The notes under the pieces were generated by a model. It was not told where the DNA came from and searched no databases. It saw nothing but the letters and a program-made list of their open reading frames with translations. From a virus: a stretch of 64,000 bases of DNA. The position numbers were made by a program, and so were the translations under genes. Location of the stretch: the IMG/VR virus record IMGVR_UViG_3300012921_000081, positions 1,206 to 65,205 of that record, one strand, 5' to 3'. Positions within the stretch are counted from its first letter, which is position 1. Each line of letters starts with the position of its first letter. Shown here in pieces: positions 8,841-16,905 of the stretch.

Positions 8841-11771
8841 TCAGATGCGGAAGTTGACAGCCACCTGCTTGATCGTCTCGTCGTTGCAGCCGCCGCTGCT
8901 GGGACAGTCGTTGTTGGCGACCACGATGCGTATGCCCTTCCGCGTATTCGCCCAGATCGCTCGGCTGCAAGGCATCGCCACGCTGGGGAATATCGCGACG
9001 GGCCAGTCCGGGAACGAGTAGGTCACGGTGCACGCGCTCGAGCCTGGGCAGCCAACGCAACCGGCGCACACGGTGTCGCCGGGTCCCTCGGCGTCCTCGG
9101 TCAACGTGAGTGACCATCCGGCTGGCTTGAGCTGCGCCCGCACCTCAGCGGTTGCATCCGGATCCGTGAGGCTGGGGATCACCGTGCGCCAGACGATGCT
9201 TCGGTCGCTCTGGTCACCAGTCGCGTCGTAGTTGACTTCCCATGGCGTGAGTATGTGCAGTCGATCAACCACGCCGACGACGAAGTCTGCGCGGTCCACA
9301 AGCACACCCGCATCGTTGTAGCTGTACGAGGTTCGCGATATTGCAGCGCGCAGCGTCAAACGGATCTGGCTCGACGTCGAGACGCATGCCGAGAACACCG
9401 GGACGTGCGAACCCGTCACCAGTCCGAAGCAACTGAGCGAACCCTTGGTCGGTGAGTCGGGATGCCCGCTGCAGCAGTTGAGCGGAGTCTGTGGCGGAGT
9501 ACACACACGCATAGTCACAGAAGCCGGCGGTGAGTACACAATGCCGCCCGCCGAGACATTCCACCCCGCATTCGTCGGCCGCAACGCGGTGAGGCCAGTG
9601 CCAGCGCCCGCGTTCTCGAGCGTGATCAGCGGGATGAACTTCCCACCTCTGCAGGATCCGCCCAGCGTCATGCACCCGCGCTGATAGCCGCTGCGGCCGA
9701 ACACGGCGTTGTCGATCGCGTCGTCGGCCAGCCCGCTCGACCAGGGCGCACCAGGTGGTACCGCCTCGCCGGTCTCGCCCGGATGCGCCCACTTCGCGCC
9801 GCAGGGCGATTGAAACGTCGTCGGCACGTGGCCGATCAACGCGAGCTGAGGATGGGCGCGCTTGGCACTCGCCCAGACCGCCGGATCGTCGCGGTAGAAG
9901 TTCACGCCGCTGACAGCGGTGCCGTCCACGAACGACGGGTTGATCTCGTCAGAGAACACGTACAAGTGAAACAGCGCCCCGTATGCGCCCGTGAATGCAC
10001 TGGTCTCCCATTCCGCAACCAGGCGGACCTCGATGTTGTGCGGCTGCCCATCGTCGCCCTCGTATGTGTCTAGCGCCCGCCAGACTTTGCGAGAGACGTT
10101 GACAGGATCTGTGCCATTGCCAAGGCGCCACAGCCAGTACGGTGGGGGACTCGGAAAGCTGACCCCGTTCGGGGCTGCCGTGATGTGGTGCCAGTGCCGC
10201 GAGTTGGCACGGCCGTTGGTCCACGTCGGGTCGTACTCGAGCACCCACTTGCCTTCGAGCTTGTCGATGAGCGAGGTCAATGCGCCCGCATGCGAGTGCG
10301 TGGCATCCTTCGCGAACTGTCCAGGAGCAAAGTCGAGACGCATGCGTTTCGGCATGAGCAGGTCCGCACCGCGAAAGACCGGTCGCTGATCATCGAGGCA
10401 GGCGCACGGGACCTCATACATCGGAACCGTAACGCCAGAACTGTTCACGCAGTCGGCGTCTGGTGACCATCCGTCGAGCGGATCCGAGTCTGAGCGCGGA
10501 TCTGAGATCTCGGGCGATGTTGGCTTGGCCTCGGCGTCGCCGCTTGTGTGGAGCGAGATGATCGGGAGCGTGGCGCGATGAGTCTCGTCCGTTACCCAGG
10601 ACGAATCCATGTCATCGGCGTCAAACCGCACCAAGTCACACCATGCGCCGCGGCGAACGGTGTCGATAGTGCCCGACGGAGGTGGTGTCACGGCGAGTTG
10701 CACACTCCCGGCGACGTCGGCCGCGGCCGTGACCCGGTGCACCGTAACGGATCCATCGCGGCGGACCAACGCGAGGTGCCTGCCCACTCGATCCTGTGCG
10801 GATGCGAGCGTCGGAAAGCCGGCGACACAGACAATGGTGGACCCGGCGATCGATGCGACTCGGAAATCATCGTTTGGCCGAGGTAGCCAAAACGGGTACG
10901 TGCGCCCCGCCCGCGAGTCGAAGAGTGCGAGGATCTGCCGCGCCTGCGATCGCCGCAGTGAGGTGAAGTCGAGAGATGGAGCAAAGCGACCGCGCGGTCC
11001 GCGAATATCAGGCGACTGGCCGAGTCCGATCTTGGCAAGTGATCCAGCCCGCTTGATCGATACTGCGACATCGGATGCCCAGTCGTAAGCCAGATGCATG
11101 ATGGGATGACCGGCGAACTCTGCAAAGCCAGGCGGAGTTGTGCCCGGCGCGCAGAGCGATGGCAGTTGATCCGGACCGGCAATCTCGGTCGCAGAGATCT
11201 CGGCCGTCGCGTGGATCCGCGTGTGTAGCGAGACGCTGGAGTTGAGAAGTACTTCCGCGCGGAACGCCGGGAACACGCGTGAGCCTGCTGGCCAGGACTG
11301 AGTTAGGGCATCGATCGTGATCGTCGTCGTGGTCACGGCCGCGACGGTGCGCCGCTCCCAGATCCACCTGGTGCGGTCAACGGTGCTGCGCTTGGCGATG
11401 ATGATCGGGACACCGGGACCATACCGGCGAGCATCGGTTGATCTGACATTGAGTACGGTGGCACCGCCCGCCGCGTCGGCCGTGAGTGTGGCATGATCGG
11501 ACACAAGGGGAAGTAGTACGCGCGAGCCGGCGAGTTGCTCGAGCAAACCGATGAGCGTGGATGAATCCGGACCGCGAGACGAAATCGCCCGATGCCGCAG
11601 CGTCATCGTGAGCGCACCCGCGTGGACGAGCGAAAGCCGCTGCTCAAGGTCACCGTCAGAAGTCTGGATGTCCGTCTGGTAGCTGCAGCGCACGTCGACG
11701 CCGCGGGCCCAGTCAGCTAGGAACAGCGTCACAGGATCTGCATTGGGAGGCGGCGTCGTTTCGGCGGGCAA
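8841..11771 (-). CDS. Distal tail protein (DUF2460/GTA g12-like repeats) with a long Cys-rich C-terminal extension
   Basis: TTG start with AGGAG. DWARGV..YQTDIQTSDGDLEQRLSL and FDSRAGRTYPFWLP motifs; 976 aa. Confidence 0.7.
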   Translation of the reverse strand: MPAETTPPPNADPVTLFLADWARGVDVRCSYQTDIQTSDGDLEQRLSLVHAGALTMTLRHRAISSRGPDSSTLIGLLEQLAGSRVLLPLVSDHATLTADAAGGATVLNVRSTDARRYGPGVPIIIAKRSTVDRTRWIWERRTVAAVTTTTITIDALTQSWPAGSRVFPAFRAEVLLNSSVSLHTRIHATAEISATEIAGPDQLPSLCAPGTTPPGFAEFAGHPIMHLAYDWASDVAVSIKRAGSLAKIGLGQSPDIRGPRGRFAPSLDFTSLRRSQARQILALFDSRAGRTYPFWLPRPNDDFRVASIAGSTIVCVAGFPTLASAQDRVGRHLALVRRDGSVTVHRVTAAADVAGSVQLAVTPPPSGTIDTVRRGAWCDLVRFDADDMDSSWVTDETHRATLPIISLHTSGDAEAKPTSPEISDPRSDSDPLDGWSPDADCVNSSGVTVPMYEVPCACLDDQRPVFRGADLLMPKRMRLDFAPGQFAKDATHSHAGALTSLIDKLEGKWVLEYDPTWTNGRANSRHWHHITAAPNGVSFPSPPPYWLWRLGNGTDPVNVSRKVWRALDTYEGDDGQPHNIEVRLVAEWETSAFTGAYGALFHLYVFSDEINPSFVDGTAVSGVNFYRDDPAVWASAKRAHPQLALIGHVPTTFQSPCGAKWAHPGETGEAVPPGAPWSSGLADDAIDNAVFGRSGYQRGCMTLGGSCRGGKFIPLITLENAGAGTGLTALRPTNAGWNVSAGGIVYSPPASVTMRVCTPPQTPLNCCSGHPDSPTKGSLSCFGLVTGSHVPVFSACVSTSSQIRLTLRAAISRTSYSYNDAGVLVDRADFVVGVVDRLHILTPWEVNYDATGDQSDRSIVWRTVIPSLTDPDATAEVRAQLKPAGWSLTLTEDAEGPGDTVCAGCVGCPGSSACTVTYSFPDWPVAIFPSVAMPCSRAIWANTRKGIRIVVANNDCPSSGGCNDETIKQVAVNFRI

Positions 11772-11816
11772 GGGAGACTCCTCGGGCGCGGGGGCACGAG
11801 GACTCTAACCGAGAAA

Positions 11817-12068
11817 TCACGTTGTCCCGTTGAGAGGAGGGCACACAACCGGCACAACGTCGCCCTCGGATTCGGACGGCGGCTTCACGGGGCCGCCCGT
11901 GGCAAAGCCGGTCGAGTTCAATGCGATTGGTGCGGTCTCGCTGCGGAACCCGCCTTCGTTTGTGACGTGTGATACTGCGGGCACAAGTCCGCCCCGTGCG
12001 AAGCCCTGATCTGACGCCGGTGTTTGGTCATTGCCACTGTTGCCCATAAGACGTTCAACGATTCCCAT
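11817..12068 (-). pseudogene. Short ORF with two tape-measure C-terminal-type motifs (GFARGG, GFATGG); possible TMP remnant
   Basis: Motifs resemble GFADGG in the intact TMP; lies directly upstream of the distal tail gene. Confidence 0.4.
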
Positions 12069-12184
12069 GTGTGAAGCTCCGAGGGGTGAACTTTCAGGCC
12101 CGCCGTTCGCGGCGAGTTCTGTAAAGTCATACCCGTTGGCGGATCAAATCCCCGAAGCAGGCGTTGTTCGTTGCCATGAACCGA

Positions 12185-12688
12185 TTAGCGAATACGGCTC
12201 GCCTGATCAGTGCAAAAGTTAATGAAGTCTGACAGAGCACCCTTCTCCGGCATCGCATCCGAGCTCCGAGACTCTTCATTTCGCTGATTCAGGTCTTTCA
12301 GTACTGCCGTCAGCAACCCAGACAATCGCTGCACACGTGCTTCATCTGATTCAAGAGACTTCACTTTCACGACCGCGATGAGCAGCTGCTCTACAGCATT
12401 CGCTGCGCGCCCTCTATATCGCTGGTCCGTATCAAACAGTTTCTCCTCGCTGAGAGATCCTGCCATCGACTTTTGAGTGGCATCGGCGATATCTCGAACC
12501 TCCGTCCTGAACCGGTCGAGTTCCATAGCTCGCATGTGCAGTATCAAAGCTTGCCCACCTGCGCGTTCGTAGGCTGCACCGAGTCGTTGACTCTTTGTCT
12601 CGCGGCGCGACGCGCGGCTTTGATACCAGATCGTTGCGCAGGCGGTTAGGAGTGTGCTTCCGGCTCCGAGAAGAAATGACCAGTCCAT
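12185..12688 (-). CDS. Cargo hypothetical protein with N-terminal membrane anchor
   Basis: MDWSFLLGAGSTLLTACATIWY followed by a helical body; visibly more AT-rich than flanks. Confidence 0.65.
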   Translation of the reverse strand: MDWSFLLGAGSTLLTACATIWYQSRASRRETKSQRLGAAYERAGGQALILHMRAMELDRFRTEVRDIADATQKSMAGSLSEEKLFDTDQRYRGRAANAVEQLLIAVVKVKSLESDEARVQRLSGLLTAVLKDLNQRNEESRSSDAMPEKGALSDFINFCTDQASRIR

Positions 12689-12865
12689 GTAGCCTCCGGC
12701 ATGATTGAGCGAGCAAAAGTTGTCGCGGTGTATCCAGCGGTCTTGCGGGCAGCGAGCGATAACCGCACTGCCTGAAATATACGATCGGGCATTGTGACGC
12801 AAGCCGCACCGCTAGGAATACGAAAGTTCAAGATGCGGGTCAGCGTTTCTTCGGGAAAGATCACG

Positions 12866-13135
12866 TCATGTTCCGAGGAAGAGCGCCTGCACCCCCTTGA
12901 CCAGTCCGACAGCCGCGACGGCTAGTTTCAAAATCTCCAGAGGCTTTCCTGAAACAAGCCATCCGCCGAGACGTTGGACCGCTCTGGTCGTTCTCCACAC
13001 GATGGAGCCAATCCAGTCGTGCCAGTCGCCGCCCTCCATGGCGTTCCGCTGCTGGTCCGCCGAGGTCAAAGCTTCCGGGGTGCCGTTCTCTAGAGCCGAA
13101 ATCAGTTCGGAGTTTGGGGCCTGAAGTTGTGCCAC
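12866..13135 (-). CDS. Small hypothetical protein with hydrophobic C-terminus
   Basis: ORF track, 89 aa; C-terminal LAVAAVGLVKGVQALF. Confidence 0.45.
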   Translation of the reverse strand: MAQLQAPNSELISALENGTPEALTSADQQRNAMEGGDWHDWIGSIVWRTTRAVQRLGGWLVSGKPLEILKLAVAAVGLVKGVQALFLGT

Positions 13136-13481
13136 GTTGAGCCTTCTGCCACCGGTGCTCGGCCCGTTCCAAACGCTTGGATTGCGGGCCCCGGTTGACC
13201 GGCACTACAGGCCGGAGCCTCAGTTGCGCCACCGCCCGCCCGCCGGCGGTGGGCGCATGAGGCCAGACCACCCGGTTTTACGAGCGGTCGTCAGGGAGGT
13301 GGAATCGCTTTACAGGCCGGGAGTTGGGGGACTCGTCCACCCTAAACCTGCTGGATCAGGTCCCCCGGTGACGGACTGGACGAACGCGGCGGACGGGAGG
13401 GGAAACTCGTCCACCCCCGCCGAATGCCCCGGATCGACCCTCCCCGCAAGTCCAGCCGTCGACGTGGTAGGATGGGATTGC

Positions 13482-13712
13482 GTGCCCGACGATCTCGACG
13501 CCCAGCTTGCGACGGTACTGCTCGACACCATGAGGATGTCGCTGCGAGTGAGCATTGGCCATATCCAGTTCACCGATGCGGCTGGCCGCGTCGTCTGGCG
13601 GATCACCGCCAGGGCCGAAGATGGGCAAGCGTGGACCGGCGAGCACGAGGACTACTACCAGGCCGCGTTGCTGCTGGCTGAGCTCACCGGGTTCGATGTC
13701 ATGGATGGGTGA
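13482..13712 (+). CDS. Small hypothetical protein
   Basis: Protein-like 3' part of ORF 13137..13712; GTG at 13482 (MPDDLDAQL...GFDVMDG). Confidence 0.55.
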   Translation: MPDDLDAQLATVLLDTMRMSLRVSIGHIQFTDAAGRVVWRITARAEDGQAWTGEHEDYYQAALLLAELTGFDVMDG

Positions 13713-13724
13713 CTACCTTGCCGC

Positions 13725-13985
13725 ATGGCCAATCCCGCAATCTCCCCCGCCACCTGGAGTCGACTACGAGAGCTCGACGCGACCTGTGATTTCACGATGA
13801 CGCGGCGATCGACCAAGCCGCAACCCGGCGAAATGGTCGGTGCACGCAACTATCCGCGCATGTGGGTCGTCGAGATCTCGCTGCAAGTTGATCCGATGAA
13901 GCGGGTAAGGGCAGAGGGGCCAGATCTCGACGGCACCGTTCAGGTTGCAGTCGAGCAGGCGGCACATCTGACACGGGCCCTCTAA
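13725..13985 (+). CDS. Small hypothetical protein
   Basis: ORF track, 86 aa; 12 nt after the previous stop. Confidence 0.5.
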   Translation: MANPAISPATWSRLRELDATCDFTMTRRSTKPQPGEMVGARNYPRMWVVEISLQVDPMKRVRAEGPDLDGTVQVAVEQAAHLTRAL

Positions 13986-14084
13986 CGTTAACCCCGCCAC
14001 TTGTCTGGTTCGCATGCACAACCCATCCTCGCCAGCCCGTTCGGGAGTCGATAGACTCCAAGACACCTCGACCGGAGACCCCAA

Positions 14085-14891
14085 ATGGCAGTCCCCAAGC
14101 GCGTGTCCGACCGCATCGCCGCAACCCTCAAAACGTTCCAGAATGTGCTTCAGCAGCAGAAGGCCCGAGACGTGTCCGAGGCCGACACGGTCACGATCGT
14201 GAAGGACTTGCTGAGCGAGGTCTTTGGATACGACAAGTACGCCGAGCTCACGAGCGAGCACAGCATCCGCGGCACGTTCTGCGACCTCGCGGTGAAGCTT
14301 GAAGCCAAGCTCGCATTCCTTATTGAAGTGAAGGCAATCGGCCTCGATCTGAAAGACGGGCATGTAAAGCAGGCAATCGACTATGCGGCGAACCAGGGTT
14401 GTGAGTGGGTGATTCTCACCAACGGCATCTGCTGGCGTCTGTATCACGTGCTCTTCAAGAAGCCGATCGACAAACAGGAGGTCGCCAGTTTCAACCTGTT
14501 GGACGTCACCGCCAAGAGCGCCGCCGATCTCGAGCTGCTCTACCTCATCACTCGCGAGGGCTTCACGAAGAGCGCGATGGCAGACTTCCGCGACCGCAAG
14601 GACGCGACAAGCCGCTTCATGCTTTCGGCCATCATCCTCAACTCGGATTCTGTGACGAGCGCGATCCGCCGAGAGATTAGACGCGTCAGTGAACTCAACG
14701 TCGATGAGGCGGTAATCGACAAGATGCTCCGCGAAGAAGTGCTCAAGCGTGACACCATTGAGGGGCCGGACGCCGAGGCTGCCGCTCGTCGCTTTGCGAA
14801 GAACTCTGATCGGAGCCTGAGAAAAGCAACGGAAAAGGAAGAGCCCGAAGAGACGCCAGTGGACGTCTCCAACTCAATTCAGCCGAGTTGA
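14085..14891 (+). CDS. Stand-alone type I restriction HsdR N-terminal-like (PD-(D/E)XK) nuclease
   Basis: SEADT...LLSEVFGYD...CDLAV...IEVKAIG...KQAIDYA...WVILTNG; no helicase, hsdM or hsdS nearby. Confidence 0.8.
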   Translation: MAVPKRVSDRIAATLKTFQNVLQQQKARDVSEADTVTIVKDLLSEVFGYDKYAELTSEHSIRGTFCDLAVKLEAKLAFLIEVKAIGLDLKDGHVKQAIDYAANQGCEWVILTNGICWRLYHVLFKKPIDKQEVASFNLLDVTAKSAADLELLYLITREGFTKSAMADFRDRKDATSRFMLSAIILNSDSVTSAIRREIRRVSELNVDEAVIDKMLREEVLKRDTIEGPDAEAAARRFAKNSDRSLRKATEKEEPEETPVDVSNSIQPS

Positions 14892-14942
14892 AGTACCGCT
14901 CCATGCTCTGGCGTCACACGCTCGATGCTTGCCGGTACATTG

Positions 14943-15833
14943 CTACTCGCGATCGTCGTCATCGTCGCGTTCTTCACGTTCCTCCCGGGCCTTCTGTCGT
15001 GCGCGTCTGAGTCGTGAGATCTGGCGTGCCCTGTCGTGGAGGAACGCGAAGATTGCTCTTTGTGCCTCAATGATCGAAGTGAAGCTCCCAGGCACAGGAC
15101 TTCCCATTGCTTCAGTCTCGAAACGCCCGTCTTGGTGGACAATGATCGCCTTGATGGAGGCTTTCTCAAGCCCTCGATTGGTTCGCTCCCAATCAGCTTT
15201 ACAGAATGCTTCGATACGTCCACCGTGCTTGGCGATCTCCTTCCGAATTTTCATCGCCATCGTCTCGCCGGTCAGGAAGTCACAGCACACAGTTCCCACC
15301 TGCATTGGCTCCCAGTGCTTGTGATCAACGATAAATCCATATCTGATGTCGGTGCCGCATAGATCACACTCTTCGCAGACTTCTTCGTGATCGACGTGCT
15401 CGATGAAATCCCACCCGGACATCGGCGGAAACTTTCCATGCTTAACAGCGTGGCATCCGCTGCAGAGCGTTTCGAGTTCCTCAAGCGGATACTCCCAGGG
15501 CATCTTTCCGGCCTCATACCGCTTGTGATGGACCTGAAGTTGCACCGGACGCTCTGCGCCCCGCAGGCACTCGACACATCTCATTTGATCCCGCTCAAGA
15601 ACTTGGGCTCGACGTAGCTCCCATTCAGGCGTCATGTAGCCTGCATGGATTGACTTCCATTGCTTGACGCGTGGAGCGCGCGGCTTCGGCTTGTTCTCGG
15701 TGCCGTCCGGGTTGGTGGAGACCGGTCGCTTTGAACTAGCCCGCCTGCGCTTCCGAATCGCCTTGTCAAACTGAGCGTCGAACGAAAGTTGAGCAGCCAC
15801 TTCCGGAGGCTTGCTCTTTGCTCGCCTTGCCAT
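14943..15833 (-). CDS. HNH endonuclease with extra Zn-finger domain
   Basis: EWELRRAQVLERD..RCVEC...LQVHH..Y...LETLCSGCHAVKH; second CDLC...CC cluster; AAGGAG RBS before ATG 15833. Confidence 0.8.
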   Translation of the reverse strand: MARRAKSKPPEVAAQLSFDAQFDKAIRKRRRASSKRPVSTNPDGTENKPKPRAPRVKQWKSIHAGYMTPEWELRRAQVLERDQMRCVECLRGAERPVQLQVHHKRYEAGKMPWEYPLEELETLCSGCHAVKHGKFPPMSGWDFIEHVDHEEVCEECDLCGTDIRYGFIVDHKHWEPMQVGTVCCDFLTGETMAMKIRKEIAKHGGRIEAFCKADWERTNRGLEKASIKAIIVHQDGRFETEAMGSPVPGSFTSIIEAQRAIFAFLHDRARQISRLRRARQKAREEREERDDDDDRE

Positions 15834-16155
15834 GCATGCGCTCCTTGCGCACTCGGTGACTAGCCGAGTAATGTCAATCCCTTGAATGCGCATGCTAACT
15901 GCACGGCCGTCGGGCATCGCGATTTCCCGCTTTCGACGTCGATCGCAGGGCCGATGTGGACGGGGTGTGGAAACTTGACGGCCTGGCGCCAAGCTGATCC
16001 CTCAGAACTCTTGCATTTCTCCAACTCACGCGGCGGCGTTGCACCCTCAAGTACCAGTGCTTCCCCGGGGCTTGTTTCGTGCCCACTCCCGTGTTAGGGT
16101 GGAACCCACGCCCCGTGCGCCTCGCATGGGATAGGAGCCACCGGAGCCCCTCCCG

Positions 16156-16905
16156 ATGACCGCAGACCAGCAAGCCGCACTCCGCCAGGACGGCACCGCC
16201 GCGAAGCCCCCGACCCGTCCTTGGGTCCCCGAGCCCATCCCGGCGCACAAGCCCGAGTACGTCGATCCCGGCCGTACGCATGCCGCTTATGTCGGCGCGA
16301 TGATGCTCGTTGTCCTGGTCATCGCTGTGATCGGCGTCATCGCACTCACGGGAAATGATCCCCCGGAACGGCCGTACGTGTCGACGGCGCCGATCGAACG
16401 GGCGCAAGGCGCCGCCGTGGTCCCCACCATTGGTCAACCTCAGACGCCGCCTGTAAGTTCATCCCCATCTGAGGCCAGCAAGGTTGCTGAGACGCTTGTC
16501 CCGCTGGGTTTGAAAGCATCATCGGAACTTGTACCTCCCCCGAAGGTCTTCAAGGATGCCCAGTCACTTGTCGACACATTCTGCGCCACCCCTGTCTGGC
16601 TCGCGCAAGCGGACGGGTATTCCATCGGCTTCCTGAGTAAGGGCACTCCGCGCGACGCCGTCACTTGGGCTCAGCTTTACATCCCGCAAGAATCTCAGCA
16701 GGACGCGGATTGGGAGTTCCCCACTCTGCCAACATTTACTGCATGCCATGACGCACTCGGCAAGCCGTCATACCTGCTGGTCTACGAGGGCGTTGCGACG
16801 CTGCGATCCGGTAAGAAGTGGAAGGTACCGATCGTGATCTGGCTCTACACCGATGACGACATGATGCGTGTTCGAGCGATCAAGTTCGGCGATCCCTATT
16901 GGTGA
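16156..16905 (+). CDS. Single-pass membrane hypothetical protein (moron)
   Basis: TM AYVGAMMLVVLVIAVIGVIAL, then a Pro/Ser linker and globular domain; stop abuts the TMP stop. Confidence 0.7.
   Translation: MTADQQAALRQDGTAAKPPTRPWVPEPIPAHKPEYVDPGRTHAAYVGAMMLVVLVIAVIGVIALTGNDPPERPYVSTAPIERAQGAAVVPTIGQPQTPPVSSSPSEASKVAETLVPLGLKASSELVPPPKVFKDAQSLVDTFCATPVWLAQADGYSIGFLSKGTPRDAVTWAQLYIPQESQQDADWEFPTLPTFTACHDALGKPSYLLVYEGVATLRSGKKWKVPIVIWLYTDDDMMRVRAIKFGDPYW

Noticed and set aside
4348-11771. Diversity-generating retroelement acting on tail genes
   Set aside because: No reverse transcriptase and no template/variable repeat pair seen.
14085-14891. Complete type I restriction-modification system
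   Set aside because: Only an HsdR-N-like nuclease domain; no helicase, HsdM or HsdS in the window.
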